A DNA stretch of 64,000 nt from Ilyomonas sp. (GCA_965247435.1 OZ252019.1:5009586-5073585), one strand, 5' to 3'; counted from the stretch's first letter, positions 40,663 to 51,263 are shown. A program made the numbers and translations. The notes: a model not told the origin generated them from the sequence alone.

Positions 40663-41901
40663 CTAATCTACTTCCGCTTCCTGCTCTGCTTTTTTTGCTT
40701 TTGGCTGTATCTCTTCTATCGCCTCCTGCAGGGCTTCCAAAAACTCATCCGACTGTTTACGCGAAAGTGCTAAAGAAGGCAACAAACGAATTACATTCGG
40801 CTTTGCTTCGCCGGTAAAAATGTTGAAATTGTAGAGCAGTTTTTTACGCAAATCTTTCAATTTATCCGGTACATCAAAACCAATCATCAGGCCTTTGCCA
40901 CGAATATTCTCGATGCCGTCAATCGTTCGCAAACGGTTCATCAGGTACATGCCGCGTTGCTTCGCAAATTCAATCAGGTTCTCTTCTTCCATTACTTCCA
41001 AAACGGCCAGCGCAGCAGCACAGGCCAAATGGTTGCCGCCGAACGTTGTGCCCAGCATACCGTGCTTTGGTTTGATGTGCGGTGCGATGAGCAGGCCGCC
41101 AACCGGAAAACCATTACCCATACCTTTTGCCATCGTATAAATATCTGCATTCACGCCTGCAAAATCATGACTGAAAAATTTACCGGTACGGCCATAGCCG
41201 CATTGCACGCTGTCTGCGATAAATACAGCGCCATGCTGATCGCAAAGCCTGCGGATCAACTGCAAGAAACTATCCGTTGCCACATTGATGCCGCCTACGC
41301 CCTGTATGCCTTCCACAATTACGGCGCACACCTCTTTGCCGCGTGTTTGAAAATATGTTTTCAGCGCAGCTTCATCGTTAAAGGTAAGAAAGTCAACATT
41401 GCTTGTTTCGTTAACCGGCGCCGCAATGCTCTTATTATCTGTAGTGGCAACGGCTAAGGAAGTGCGGCCGTGAAAGGCTTTTGTGAAAGCAACGATCTTC
41501 TTTTTACCGGTATGAAAAGAAGCTAATTTCATTGCATTTTCATTGGCTTCGGCGCCACTGTTTACGAGAAATAACTGGTACCCTTCTTTGCCGCTGAGTT
41601 TTACTAATTTATCGGCCAGTTCCTGCTGGATAGGAATATGCACACTATTGGAATAGAAAGCAATTTTTTCCAGTTGCTCCTCAATTCTTCTTACCCAGTG
41701 CGGGTGGGTATGGCCGATACTAATTACGGCATGACCGCCATACATATCAAGATATTGTACGCCGTTATCATCCCATACGTACGAGCCTTGTGCTTTGGTA
41801 ATGGTGATGTCGTTAAGCGGATAAACGTCGAAAAGCGTGCCTTCGCCACTCCCGGAAGTGGAAGCTTGTAAACCGGTTGTTTTATTTTCTGAATTGCTCA
41901 T
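40663..41901 (-). CDS. argD: Acetylornithine aminotransferase
   Basis: Class-III aminotransferase (LFLVNSGAEANE..., PLP-Lys region) located in the arg operon. Confidence 0.85.
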   Translation of the reverse strand: MSNSENKTTGLQASTSGSGEGTLFDVYPLNDITITKAQGSYVWDDNGVQYLDMYGGHAVISIGHTHPHWVRRIEEQLEKIAFYSNSVHIPIQQELADKLVKLSGKEGYQLFLVNSGAEANENAMKLASFHTGKKKIVAFTKAFHGRTSLAVATTDNKSIAAPVNETSNVDFLTFNDEAALKTYFQTRGKEVCAVIVEGIQGVGGINVATDSFLQLIRRLCDQHGAVFIADSVQCGYGRTGKFFSHDFAGVNADIYTMAKGMGNGFPVGGLLIAPHIKPKHGMLGTTFGGNHLACAAALAVLEVMEEENLIEFAKQRGMYLMNRLRTIDGIENIRGKGLMIGFDVPDKLKDLRKKLLYNFNIFTGEAKPNVIRLLPSLALSRKQSDEFLEALQEAIEEIQPKAKKAEQEAEVD

Positions 41902-41956
41902 AATAGTGTTATAATTTGATGGGGGCTTTTGTTCCCGGTAATGAGAACAAGAAGCT

Positions 41957-43066
41957 TTAAAAATAGGTTGATTTTAATCTGAGTCCTGTTGCTTCTTCCA
42001 GACCGGACATCAGGTTCATGTTTTGTACCGCCTGTCCGGATGCACCTTTCAGGAGATTATCTAAAATAGAATGTATTACCAATTTATTGTCCACTTTTTC
42101 CAGTTGGATGATGCATTTGTTGGTGTTAACCGCCTGCTTTAAAAAAACAGGTTCTTCGCTTACTGTGGTAAACGGATGCGTTGCATAAAAATCCCGGAAC
42201 AGCTTTTTTATTTCTTCCAATGATAACCGGCAGTTAACTGTTGAGCTTACAAAAATGCCCCGGGTAAAATCGCCGCGCCAGGGAACAAACCTCACCCCTG
42301 ATTCTTCTTCACCGGTGGAAAGAGGGAAAGAAGATTGAAGTTGATTTAATGATTGATGAATTTCTCCTGAATGCTGGTGTGCAAGTGTTTTATAAGCCTG
42401 GATATTATTGGCGCGCCAGCTAAAGTGCGAAGTAGCGCTTAAACTTTGCCCGGCACCGGTACTGCCTGTAATGCCGGTTGTATAAACTTCTTTTAATAAG
42501 CCTGCTTTGGCGAGGGGCAGTAAGCCTAATTGTATAGCGCTTGCAAAGCAGCCCGGATTGGCAATATTGTGTGCATTTTTAATTGCTTCCTTATTAAGTT
42601 CGGGCAGGCCATAAATGAAGTTGCGGATAAAGGTATGATGGCCTGCTGTTGGCTGCTGAAATGCTGCATTTTGTTGTAGGCGGAAGTCGTTGGATAAGTC
42701 AATAATTTTTATATGCGCCGGTATGGCATTCGCTTCTAAAAATGCTCTGGCCTCTCCATGGCCGGTGCAGAGAAAGAGAACATCAATTTCCCCGTCTCCT
42801 GAAGGGGGGAAAGGCAGAGTGCTGCTAAATTTCAAATCGGTTTCGCCTGTTAAATCCTGGTGCACCTGGTATATATGCTTACCTGCATTGCTATTACTGT
42901 GTACAAAGGCAATGGTCGCCTGCGGATGATTAATTAATAATCTGATCAGTTCACCCCCGGTATAACCTGCGCCGCCGATAATGCCAACACGGATACCACT
43001 ATCCCCCCCCGCCCCTGAAGGGGAGCTTTTAGCGGCGCTTTCAAATTTATCTTCTAAATTATTCAT
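41957..43066 (-). CDS. argC: N-acetyl-gamma-glutamyl-phosphate reductase
   Basis: VGIIGGAGYTGGELIRLL NAD-binding motif and catalytic Cys region. Contains two in-frame GC-rich mini-palindrome insertions (see findings). Confidence 0.85.
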   Translation of the reverse strand: MNNLEDKFESAAKSSPSGAGGDSGIRVGIIGGAGYTGGELIRLLINHPQATIAFVHSNSNAGKHIYQVHQDLTGETDLKFSSTLPFPPSGDGEIDVLFLCTGHGEARAFLEANAIPAHIKIIDLSNDFRLQQNAAFQQPTAGHHTFIRNFIYGLPELNKEAIKNAHNIANPGCFASAIQLGLLPLAKAGLLKEVYTTGITGSTGAGQSLSATSHFSWRANNIQAYKTLAHQHSGEIHQSLNQLQSSFPLSTGEEESGVRFVPWRGDFTRGIFVSSTVNCRLSLEEIKKLFRDFYATHPFTTVSEEPVFLKQAVNTNKCIIQLEKVDNKLVIHSILDNLLKGASGQAVQNMNLMSGLEEATGLRLKSTYF

Positions 43067-43102
43067 GTTTTTCTCTTCTCAAAAATCAATAAATAATTAA
43101 AC

Positions 43103-44386
43103 TTAAAAAGTGTTCGGAGATGCTTGCAGTTGTCCGTTTATCTTATGGTACATCGCTGTTTGATTACCGAATATTTTACTGAAGCCGCGAACATCTTCAC
43201 CGGTCCAGCCGCTGTTCATCTCACCATAGCTGCCAAACTTGCTATTCATTAAATCATGCTCACTTTCAATACCGATGATCTGAAAACGATGGGGCTGTAA
43301 TTGTACAAACACATCTCCGGTTACGTTCTGTTGCGAGCTTTGTAAAAAGGCTTCTATATCACGCATTACCGGATCGAGAATTTGTCCTTCGTGCAGCCAG
43401 TTGCCATAGAAATTGGCAATGGTATCTTTCCAGCTCAACTGCCACTTGGTAAGCACATGTTTCTCTAATGCGTGGTGCGCTTTGATGATAACCATGGGCG
43501 CAGCGGCTTCAAAACCCACACGGCCTTTAATACCAATGATCGTATCGCCCACATGAATATCTCTGCCAATGCCATAAGCGCCGGCAATACTTTGCAGGTA
43601 CTGTATAGCTTCGGACGGATGATTAAATGACTGGTTGTTTACTGCGGTTAATTCGCCCTGCTCAAAATGAAGCTTCACTTCTTCGCTGCCCTCTTTTGTA
43701 ACCTGCGTAGGCCAGGCTTCTTCGGGCAGCAAGCCTTTGCTGTTGAGTGTTTCCCTGCCGCCAACGCTGGTGCCCCAGAGACCTTTATTGATAGAGTAAG
43801 CAGCTTTCTCAAAATTCATTGCTACGCCTTTGTCTTGGAGATAAGCGATCTCCTGTTCGCGGCTCAGTTTTAAATCGCGTATTGGTGTAATGATTTCCAC
43901 CTCCGGAATCATAATATGAAACACCATATCAAACCTTACCTGGTCGTTGCCGGCGCCGGTGCTGCCATGTGCCACTGCTTTTGCATCCAGCTTTTTTACA
44001 TGATCGGCTATGTGCAAAGCCTGCACTAACCGCTCGGCGCTTACGCTTAACGGGTACGTATTATTTTTCAACACATTGCCAAATACAAGGTATTTGATAA
44101 TGCGGTCGTAATAGCCTTTTACGGCGTCAACGGCAGTGTGTGTTTTTACACCTAATGCGTAAGCGTGTGATTCAATTTTTTTTAGTTCTTCTGCTGTAAA
44201 ACCGCCGGTGTTCACAATGATGCTATGTACTTCGTAGCCTTTGTCTCCGGTAAGATATTTTACACAGAAAGTAGTATCAAGCCCGCCGCTAAAACCAAGA
44301 ACAACAGTGCCGCCTTCCCCTAAAGGAGGATTTGAGAAAGCGTCATCTTGTTTAGAAGTATCTGCAGATGAGTTGATGTTTTGCAT
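43103..44386 (-). CDS. argG: Argininosuccinate synthase
   Basis: N-type ATP-PPase motif (VVLGFSGGLDTT). Confidence 0.9.
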   Translation of the reverse strand: MQNINSSADTSKQDDAFSNPPLGEGGTVVLGFSGGLDTTFCVKYLTGDKGYEVHSIIVNTGGFTAEELKKIESHAYALGVKTHTAVDAVKGYYDRIIKYLVFGNVLKNNTYPLSVSAERLVQALHIADHVKKLDAKAVAHGSTGAGNDQVRFDMVFHIMIPEVEIITPIRDLKLSREQEIAYLQDKGVAMNFEKAAYSINKGLWGTSVGGRETLNSKGLLPEEAWPTQVTKEGSEEVKLHFEQGELTAVNNQSFNHPSEAIQYLQSIAGAYGIGRDIHVGDTIIGIKGRVGFEAAAPMVIIKAHHALEKHVLTKWQLSWKDTIANFYGNWLHEGQILDPVMRDIEAFLQSSQQNVTGDVFVQLQPHRFQIIGIESEHDLMNSKFGSYGEMNSGWTGEDVRGFSKIFGNQTAMYHKINGQLQASPNTF

Positions 44387-44579
44387 GTGATAACAGGTGG
44401 TGTTTTATAATTTACAGCACATTCGCTTATATGCTGAACAAGGAACAGAATCTTAAAACGGAGTGTCCACCGCTTTTGGCAGTGCAGGCGCAACGATGTT
44501 CAATCAGAGTTTCAGTTGCTCGGTCCATAATTGCTGTTCTGTATTTTCTTCTTGCCCTTCTCCACTTGTGGATAAGCCT

Positions 44580-44595
44580 GCCTGCCGGCAAAGGC
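44580..44595. repeat. GCCTGCCGGCAAAGGC repeat (copy 2), between argG and the leading GNAT gene
   Basis: Identical to 40025-40040. Confidence 0.45.
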
Positions 44596-44611
44596 AAGAG
44601 TTGGGATGAGG

Positions 44612-45334
44612 TTAAGCAAATAAAGTAAACAGCATACTTACCAGCGAGCGGCGTTGTTTATTTTCCTCTTTCACTTTATCTTTTCTGCGAAAAGCTTTTA
44701 AAAAGCGGCTCTTCTTACTCTCGATCAATCGCCCGTACGCTTCACTTTTTTCTTCAAAATATTCCTTGGTTTCTTTTGGCTCGTAATGGTCAGCAGGATC
44801 GTACAGCATGGCGGTGCACAAACAATTTTTGCGCTCTTTCATGGTTAGGATGTCAAAGTTTACGCAGCTTCTGCAGCCTGCCCAAAAAGCCTCATCCTGT
44901 GTAAGCTCGCTGTACGTTACCGGCTCGTAGCCCAGCTCGCTGTTAATTTTCATTACCGCTAAACCGGTAGTGAGACCAAAGATTTTTGAGGCCGGATATT
45001 TTTCTTTCGATAAATTAAAAACCGTTTGCTTAATGCGTTTGGCTACGCCGCTTTTGCGAAACTCGGGCGCTACTATCAGGCCGCTGTTGGCTACGTAATC
45101 GCCATGGCTCCAGGTTTCGATATAGCAGAAGCCAACCCAGCGGTTGTCTGTAGTTACTGCTATGATGGCCTTGCCTTCCAGCATTTTATCTACTAAGTAT
45201 TCGGGACTGCGTTTCGCTATACCTGTACCACGCGCTTTGGCTGAGGCCTCCATTTCGGAGGTGATTGTTTCTGCAAAATGTATGTCGCCTATATTGGCTA
45301 TTCTAACGATGATGTTATCTTGTTGCTGCTCCAC
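44612..45334 (-). CDS. GNAT acetyltransferase leading the arg operon (ArgA-like role plausible)
   Basis: GNAT core plus a Cys-rich C-terminal extension. Position upstream of argG matches the Bacteroidota arg-operon layout. Confidence 0.65.
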   Translation of the reverse strand: MEQQQDNIIVRIANIGDIHFAETITSEMEASAKARGTGIAKRSPEYLVDKMLEGKAIIAVTTDNRWVGFCYIETWSHGDYVANSGLIVAPEFRKSGVAKRIKQTVFNLSKEKYPASKIFGLTTGLAVMKINSELGYEPVTYSELTQDEAFWAGCRSCVNFDILTMKERKNCLCTAMLYDPADHYEPKETKEYFEEKSEAYGRLIESKKSRFLKAFRRKDKVKEENKQRRSLVSMLFTLFA

Positions 45335-45752
45335 TGTAAGTCTGAATTAAAAACGAAAAGAAATTGGTTGGGTGACGAAAACGATGCCTGACTTTGCTAA
45401 GCCTTGCATAATTATTTCTAACAGGAAGAAATGAATATTAGATACGAGGTCGTCGTGCCGGTCGGAAGCAACAAGGATTAGGAAAAACAACAACACCCAT
45501 CAGCAAAGGATGGAAGGCGGTAAAAAGAGTATGTGTTGTGTACTGTTTCAATTTCAGTTCTTGTATAAAAAGGTGAACCAAATTTTTAAATCGGCGTAAA
45601 GTTAATCATGTTTGTAAAATGGGAGTTTATTTTTTTGTGAAAGTTTAATGAAACGGCCTTAAAGTTTGATAAAAGGCAAATTAATAAGACAATGTATTTT
45701 ACCATTCTTCTAACCAGCGCAACAGGCTCCTTCCATCCTGTAATCCCTATAT

Positions 45753-47444
45753 TTGTTTTCCACCATTAACTCAATGAGCATGAGCGAAGAAAAATCATTG
45801 AATTTTATAGAAGAGATCGTAGAGGAAGATTTGCGGAGCGGGAAATACGCCACCATCCTTACGCGTTTTCCGCCGGAGCCGAATGGCTATTTGCACATTG
45901 GTCATGCTAAAAGTATTTGCTTAAATTTTGGCCTGGCCAACAAATACGGCGGCGCTACCAACCTGCGCTTTGATGATACCAACCCAACCACCGAGGAAAC
46001 GGAATATGTGGAAAGTATAAAAGCCGATGTGCAATGGCTGGGTTTTAACTGGGCAAGAGAACTGTATGCTTCAGATTACTTTGAGCAGTTGTACCACTTT
46101 GCGGTTGAACTTATACAGAAAGGCTTAGCGTATGTAGATGACAGTACCAGCGAAGAAATTGCGGCACGCAAAGGCACGCCTACGCAGCCCGGTACAGAAA
46201 CGCCTTACCGTAGCCGAAGTGTAGAAGAAAACCTGCAACTGTTTGCCGCTATGCGTGCCGGGAAATACGGGGACGGCGAAAAGGTATTGCGCGCCAAAGG
46301 CGACCTCGCTTCTCCCAATATGCACCTGCGCGACCCGCTGATGTACCGCATCAAACATGCGCACCACCACCGCACCGGCGATAACTGGTGCATTTACCCG
46401 ATGTACGATTTTGCCCACGGGCAAAGTGATAGCATTGAAAATATTACGCACTCCATTTGTACGCTGGAGTTTATCCCGCACCGGCCGCTGTACGATTGGT
46501 TTATAGACAAGCTGGATATTTTTCCATCGCATCAATACGAGTTTGCGCGCCTCAATATGACTTATACGGTGATGAGCAAGCGCAAGCTGCTGCAGTTGGT
46601 GAATGAAAAACTGGTAGAAGGTTGGGACGATCCGCGTATGCCTACTATCAGCGGTATGCGCCGCCGTGGCTTTACGCCGGAAAGCCTGCGGGAGTTTTGC
46701 GATAAGATAGGCGTGGCTAAAAGAGAGAACCTGATAGATTACAGCCTGCTGGAGTTTTGCATACGCGAGCATTTGAATAAAATAGCCCTTCGCCGGCTGG
46801 TGGTATTTGATCCGCTGAAAGTGGTGATAACTAACTACGAAGAAGGCAAAGTGGAAATGCTGCAGGGCGAAGACAACCCGGAAGATAAAAACACAACGTA
46901 CCGCGAAATACCGTTTAGCCGCGAGCTGTATATAGAAAGGGAAGACTTTATGGAAGACCCGCCAAAGAAATATTTTAGGTTAGCGCCGGGGCAAATGGTG
47001 CGCTTGAAGAGTGCTTACATTATTAAGTGCGAAGAAGTGATAAAAGATGAACGGGGAAACATTACGGAAGTGCATTGTACTTATTTACCGGAAAGTAAAA
47101 GTGGTGATGACCACACCAAATTAAAAGTAAAAGGCACATTGCACTGGGTGAGTGTACCACATGCTATAAACGTTGAAGTGCGGGAATATGACCGTTTGTT
47201 CACGGCAGAAAATGTAGATGAAGCGCCGGGCGATTTTAAAGACCATATCAATAAAGATTCTTTGCATGTAGTTAGCAATGCGTATGCAGAGCCGGCTTTG
47301 CAGGGCGCAAAATTTGCGGAGCGTTACCAGTTTTTACGCAAAGGTTATTTTACACTGGATATGGGCACGGGCGAGAAAAAATTAGTCTTCAACCGCACTG
47401 TAACATTGAGAGATACCTGGGCGAAGGAGAAAGATAAAGTGTAG
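45753..47444 (+). CDS. glnS: Glutaminyl-tRNA synthetase
   Basis: HIGH (PEPNGYLHIGHAKS) and KMSKS-like (VMSKRK) motifs, full-length GlnRS similarity. Confidence 0.9.
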   Translation: MFSTINSMSMSEEKSLNFIEEIVEEDLRSGKYATILTRFPPEPNGYLHIGHAKSICLNFGLANKYGGATNLRFDDTNPTTEETEYVESIKADVQWLGFNWARELYASDYFEQLYHFAVELIQKGLAYVDDSTSEEIAARKGTPTQPGTETPYRSRSVEENLQLFAAMRAGKYGDGEKVLRAKGDLASPNMHLRDPLMYRIKHAHHHRTGDNWCIYPMYDFAHGQSDSIENITHSICTLEFIPHRPLYDWFIDKLDIFPSHQYEFARLNMTYTVMSKRKLLQLVNEKLVEGWDDPRMPTISGMRRRGFTPESLREFCDKIGVAKRENLIDYSLLEFCIREHLNKIALRRLVVFDPLKVVITNYEEGKVEMLQGEDNPEDKNTTYREIPFSRELYIEREDFMEDPPKKYFRLAPGQMVRLKSAYIIKCEEVIKDERGNITEVHCTYLPESKSGDDHTKLKVKGTLHWVSVPHAINVEVREYDRLFTAENVDEAPGDFKDHINKDSLHVVSNAYAEPALQGAKFAERYQFLRKGYFTLDMGTGEKKLVFNRTVTLRDTWAKEKDKV

Positions 47445-47464
47445 ATTATTTATAAGTTTTTTGT

Positions 47465-47505
47465 AAGCACCTGCTGATGAATGTCGGCAGGTGCTTTTTG
47501 TTTGA
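47465..47505 (+). terminator. Intrinsic terminator after glnS (AGCACCTGC...GCAGGTGCT + T-run)
   Basis: Perfect 9-bp stem plus TTTTTGTTT. Confidence 0.6.
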
Positions 47506-47604
47506 AGCATGAACACTGCTGTCGGTAGCAGGTCTGCTTATCCCCCTGTTACATAATAGAGTTCCGTATATTTGATAACAAGTCAATATATAGATTAATT
47601 TGCT

Positions 47605-48522
47605 ATGCCATTATACAGAATTGGACAACAATTGGAATACATCAGAGAAACATCCTTCAAATTTGAAAGAGAGATTCAGCGATTGACGGAGCAAAATCTT
47701 AAAGCATTGTTGCGATTGAATTTTATACGTTCTGAATTTTCTCTAAATAACTTCCGCATTGACACATTAGCATTTGATACCGAAGCAAAAGCTTTTGTTA
47801 TTATTGAGTATAAGCGGGATAAAACCTTTAGTGTTATTGATCAAGGGTATGCCTATTTATCTTTGATGCTTAATAACAAAGCCGATTTTATTTTGGAGTA
47901 TAATGAGCGCCAAAATCAAAGCTTAAAAAGAACAGATGTTGATTGGACACAATCCAAAGTAATTTTTATTTCTCCCCTATTCACAACCTATCAGCGCGAA
48001 GCAATAAACTTTAAAGATTTGCCAATTGAATTGTGGGAAGTAAAGAAATTTGAGAATAACACTATTTCATTTGAACAAGTACAAAAGGCATCAGCTAAAG
48101 AAAGTATCAAAACTATTTCGCGTAGTGATAATACTGTAGAGGTAGTAAGTAAAGAAGTAAAAGTTTATACGGAGCAAGACCATCTAAATAAAGTGGATTT
48201 TGAAACACGTGAGTTTTATGACCTGTTTAAAGATAGAGTTTTAAATATGGACGATAATGTAACTGTTCAGCCTAAAAAGCAGACTATAGGTTTTAAAATT
48301 GATAATAATATTTTTTGTGATATTGTTTTACAAGGTAAAGGACTTAAGATTTATCTCAATTTGAAGAGTGGAGAATTGCAAGACCAAAAGAATATAGCTC
48401 GTGATGTATCTAACGTGGGACATTGGGGTAATGGAGCTTACGAAATCAAATTAATAGATCTTGAAGATGTTGATTACGTATTAAGCCTTTTAAAACAGTC
48501 AATACGGAAAAATAAAGAGTAA
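47605..48522 (+). CDS. PD-(D/E)xK nuclease-fold protein (NucS/DUF91-like N-domain) with C-terminal domain of unknown function
   Basis: RIDTLAFDTEAKAFVIIEYKRDK fits the D...E-x-K restriction-endonuclease-like core. About 140-aa C-terminal domain with a GHWGNG motif. Confidence 0.5.
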   Translation: MPLYRIGQQLEYIRETSFKFEREIQRLTEQNLKALLRLNFIRSEFSLNNFRIDTLAFDTEAKAFVIIEYKRDKTFSVIDQGYAYLSLMLNNKADFILEYNERQNQSLKRTDVDWTQSKVIFISPLFTTYQREAINFKDLPIELWEVKKFENNTISFEQVQKASAKESIKTISRSDNTVEVVSKEVKVYTEQDHLNKVDFETREFYDLFKDRVLNMDDNVTVQPKKQTIGFKIDNNIFCDIVLQGKGLKIYLNLKSGELQDQKNIARDVSNVGHWGNGAYEIKLIDLEDVDYVLSLLKQSIRKNKE

Positions 48523-48533
48523 TACTTCTAAAT

Positions 48534-48566
48534 GCAAAGAGCCGGGCAATTGCCCGGCTCTTTTAT
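48534..48566. terminator. Bidirectional terminator (AAAGAGCCGGGCAATTGCCCGGCTCTTTT)
   Basis: Perfect palindromic stem between convergent genes. Confidence 0.6.
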
Positions 48567-48602
48567 AAATTCTTTTACCACTTCGTGCCTTCGTGGCAAA
48601 CC

Positions 48603-48953
48603 TTACACCGCAAAGCTTTCCCCGCAGCCGCAGCTTCGGCTGGCATTTGGATTGTTAAAGTAAAACCCTTTGCCATTCAGGCCATCCGAAAAATCAAGTT
48701 CCGTATTTACCAGGTATAGAAAGCTCTTCAGGTCGGTGACTACTTTTACGCCATTGTCTTCAAACACCTGATCCATCGGCTTTGTTTCGTTATCAAAATC
48801 AAGTTTGTAACTTAAACCGCTGCAGCCACCACCTACTACGGACACTCTTAAAAAATAAGAAGGGTCTTCCGCAACACCGGCATCTTCCATTAGCTTATGC
48901 ACTTTGCTTTTAGCCTTCTCGCTTACGTATATCGCGTTATCTGTTGCAACCAT
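48603..48953 (-). CDS. iscA: Fe-S cluster insertion protein (IscA/ErpA/HesB family)
   Basis: C-terminal CGCGESF motif. Start taken at the ATG (MVATDNAI), since the track ORF begins at a TTG. Confidence 0.8.
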   Translation of the reverse strand: MVATDNAIYVSEKAKSKVHKLMEDAGVAEDPSYFLRVSVVGGGCSGLSYKLDFDNETKPMDQVFEDNGVKVVTDLKSFLYLVNTELDFSDGLNGKGFYFNNPNASRSCGCGESFAV

Positions 48954-48954
48954 A

Positions 48955-49030
48955 ATGCCCCCAGCCCCCAAAGGGGAGTTTTAAATATGAATAGCCTCTA
49001 ACATTCCCCTTTGGGGGTTAGGGGCTAATG
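48955..49030. repeat. Inverted pair of CCCCCAAAGGGGA mini-hairpins between iscU and iscA
   Basis: AGCCCCCAAAGGGGAG ... TCCCCTTTGGGGGTTAGGGGCT. Same CCCC-N3/4-GGGG motif family as the copies inside argC. Confidence 0.45.
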
Positions 49031-49441
49031 TATCCTTTCTTCAAACTGCAGCACTTCCATACCATTCTTCTGGCGGTAGTCGTTGATAGCAGCTTTAATG
49101 GCATCTTCTGCCAATACAGAACAGTGAATCTTTACCGGCGGCAGGTTCAGTTCTTCCACAATAGTCATATTATCTATTGTGAGCGCCTCATCAACCGATT
49201 TGCCTTTCAGCCATTCGGTAGCCAATGAGGAAGAAGCGATGGCCGAGCCACAGCCAAAAGTTTTAAATTTTGCATCGGAGATAACGCCGGTAATATCGTC
49301 CACTTCTATCTGCAGGCGCATTACGTCGCCACATTCGGGAGCGCCAACCAAACCGGTTCCTACATTCTTCCTGCTCTTATCCAGCGTACCCACATTTTTC
49401 GGGTTGCTGTAGTGATCAATTACTTTATCGGAGTATGCCAT
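49025..49441 (-). CDS. iscU: Fe-S cluster assembly scaffold
   Basis: Conserved Cys triad (GAPECGD..., KFKTFGCGSAIASSS, IHCSVLAEDA). Confidence 0.9.
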   Translation of the reverse strand: MAYSDKVIDHYSNPKNVGTLDKSRKNVGTGLVGAPECGDVMRLQIEVDDITGVISDAKFKTFGCGSAIASSSLATEWLKGKSVDEALTIDNMTIVEELNLPPVKIHCSVLAEDAIKAAINDYRQKNGMEVLQFEERIH

Positions 49442-49499
49442 AATTTATTGTTTTATTTATTATTTTCAATTGTCAATTAACAATAGCCAATATTCACTA

Positions 49500-50717
49500 T
49501 CAATGCGCTGCCCATTCAATTTTTTCCATGTCCACGCCCTCTTTAAACATCTCCCACAGCGGGCTCATTTCGCGGAGCTTTAATACGGTTGTCCGCACAT
49601 GCTCAATGGTATAGTCAATCTGCTCTTCGGTAGTAAACCGGCCCAGTCCAAAACGGAGCGAACTATGTGCCAGATCATCACCTAAACCCAATGCTTTTAA
49701 TACATAGCTTGGCTCCAGAGACGCACTGGTGCAGGCGGAACCGGATGATAATGCAATGTTTTTATTAAAACCCATCATCAGGCCTTCGCCTTCCACATAT
49801 TTAAAAGAAATATTGGCAACATGCGGCAGGCGGTGCTCGCGGTTTCCATTTACATAAGATTCTTCTATCTGGGTCAAAGCATTTTCCAGTTTGTCCCGCA
49901 GCTTACTGATGCGTTTGGTATCTTCTTCCATATCAAGGCGGCAAAGCTCGCAGGCTTTACCAAAACCTACAATACCCGGCACATTCAATGTGCCGCTGCG
50001 CATACCGCGCTCATGACCGCCGCCGTCCATCTGCGCGGTTACCTTTACACGCGGGTTTTTACGGCGAACGTACAAGGCGCCAACGCCTTTTGGTCCGTAC
50101 ATTTTATGACCTGTGAAAGTTAATAAATCAATGCCATCTTTATTTACATCAACCGGTATTTTACCGGTTGCCTGTGTAGCATCTGTAAAAAACAATACCC
50201 CATGCTTGCGTGCAATAGCGCTTATTTCTTTCACAGGCTGTATTACACCCACTTCATTATTCGCATACATCACCGCTATTAAAATAGTAGTTGGTTTTAT
50301 GGCAGCTTCCAATTCTTTCAAATCAATCAGGCCATCTTCTGCCACCGGCAGGTAAGTTACTTCGCCGCCTGTTTTTTCAATATGCTTGCAGGTATCCAAA
50401 ACCGCTTTGTGCTCGGTTACAACGGTGATGATATGGTTGCCTTTGCTGGCATACATTTCATACACGCCTTTAATAGCAAGGTTATCACCTTCGGTAGCGC
50501 CGGAGGTAAAAATAATTTCTTTCGGGTCGGCGCCAATCAGTTTAGCCACTTGCTCGCGTGCATAATCCACTGCTTCTTCTGCTTCCCAGCCAAACGGGTG
50601 GTTACGGCTGGCAGCGTTGCCAAAATGCTCGGTAAAATAAGGAATCATTGCTTCCAGCACCCGTGGATCCATGGGGGTGGTTGCATTGTTATCTAAATAA
50701 ATCGGGAGTTTCAACAT
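49500..50717 (-). CDS. iscS: Cysteine desulfurase
   Basis: Class-V aminotransferase, PLP-Lys ([11 protein letters not shown]) and SSGSACTSA catalytic loop. Confidence 0.9.
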   Translation of the reverse strand: MLKLPIYLDNNATTPMDPRVLEAMIPYFTEHFGNAASRNHPFGWEAEEAVDYAREQVAKLIGADPKEIIFTSGATEGDNLAIKGVYEMYASKGNHIITVVTEHKAVLDTCKHIEKTGGEVTYLPVAEDGLIDLKELEAAIKPTTILIAVMYANNEVGVIQPVKEISAIARKHGVLFFTDATQATGKIPVDVNKDGIDLLTFTGHKMYGPKGVGALYVRRKNPRVKVTAQMDGGGHERGMRSGTLNVPGIVGFGKACELCRLDMEEDTKRISKLRDKLENALTQIEESYVNGNREHRLPHVANISFKYVEGEGLMMGFNKNIALSSGSACTSASLEPSYVLKALGLGDDLAHSSLRFGLGRFTTEEQIDYTIEHVRTTVLKLREMSPLWEMFKEGVDMEKIEWAAH

Positions 50718-50835
50718 AACAAAATTGTTATTTATTCTTTTTCTTAATTATCCACAAATTTACACCAAACCTGTGTATTTTAATCTTGATAGTTTTTAGT
50801 TAACTTCATTTTTACCAAAATAGGAGAATTACAAC

Positions 50836-51252
50836 ATGCTTAAAGTGGAACATATAGGAATTGCTGTAAAGAGCATAGCAGCAGCGGTGCCGGTATATGA
50901 AAAACTGTTTAATACGGATTGTTATAAGACAGAAACAATAGTCGCTCAGCGCGTTAATACTGCATTTCTGAGGCTGGGCGAAAGTAAGATCGAATTGCTG
51001 GAAGGCCTGAATGCGGAAAGTGTGATTGGCAGGTTTATTGAAAAGCGCGGCGAAGGATTGCACCATATTGCTTTTGAAGTAGCGGATATTGAGGAAGAAA
51101 TGCAGCGGCTGCAAGGGGAAGGATTCACCTTATTAAACAATGTTCCTGCAAGAGGAGCCGATAATAAGCTGGTGTGCTTTATCCAGCCGAAAGAAACAAA
51201 TGGCGTATTAATTGAACTATGCCAGGAAATAAAACCAGTTAATAACTTCTAA
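50836..51252 (+). CDS. mce: Methylmalonyl-CoA epimerase (VOC family)
   Basis: MLKVEHIGIAVKSI...HHIAFEV...VLIELCQ typical of MCE. Confidence 0.75.
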   Translation: MLKVEHIGIAVKSIAAAVPVYEKLFNTDCYKTETIVAQRVNTAFLRLGESKIELLEGLNAESVIGRFIEKRGEGLHHIAFEVADIEEEMQRLQGEGFTLLNNVPARGADNKLVCFIQPKETNGVLIELCQEIKPVNNF

Positions 51253-51263
51253 ATCAACAAAAC

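Noticed and set aside
45335-45480. ArgR operator upstream of the arg-operon GNAT gene (TGAATATTAGATA)
   Set aside because: Only a half-site-like TGAATA/TATTCA match. Dyad symmetry is poor. The Bacteroidota ArgR motif is not known to me well enough to call it.
46125-46772. 215-aa minus-strand ORF
   Set aside because: Antisense within glnS.
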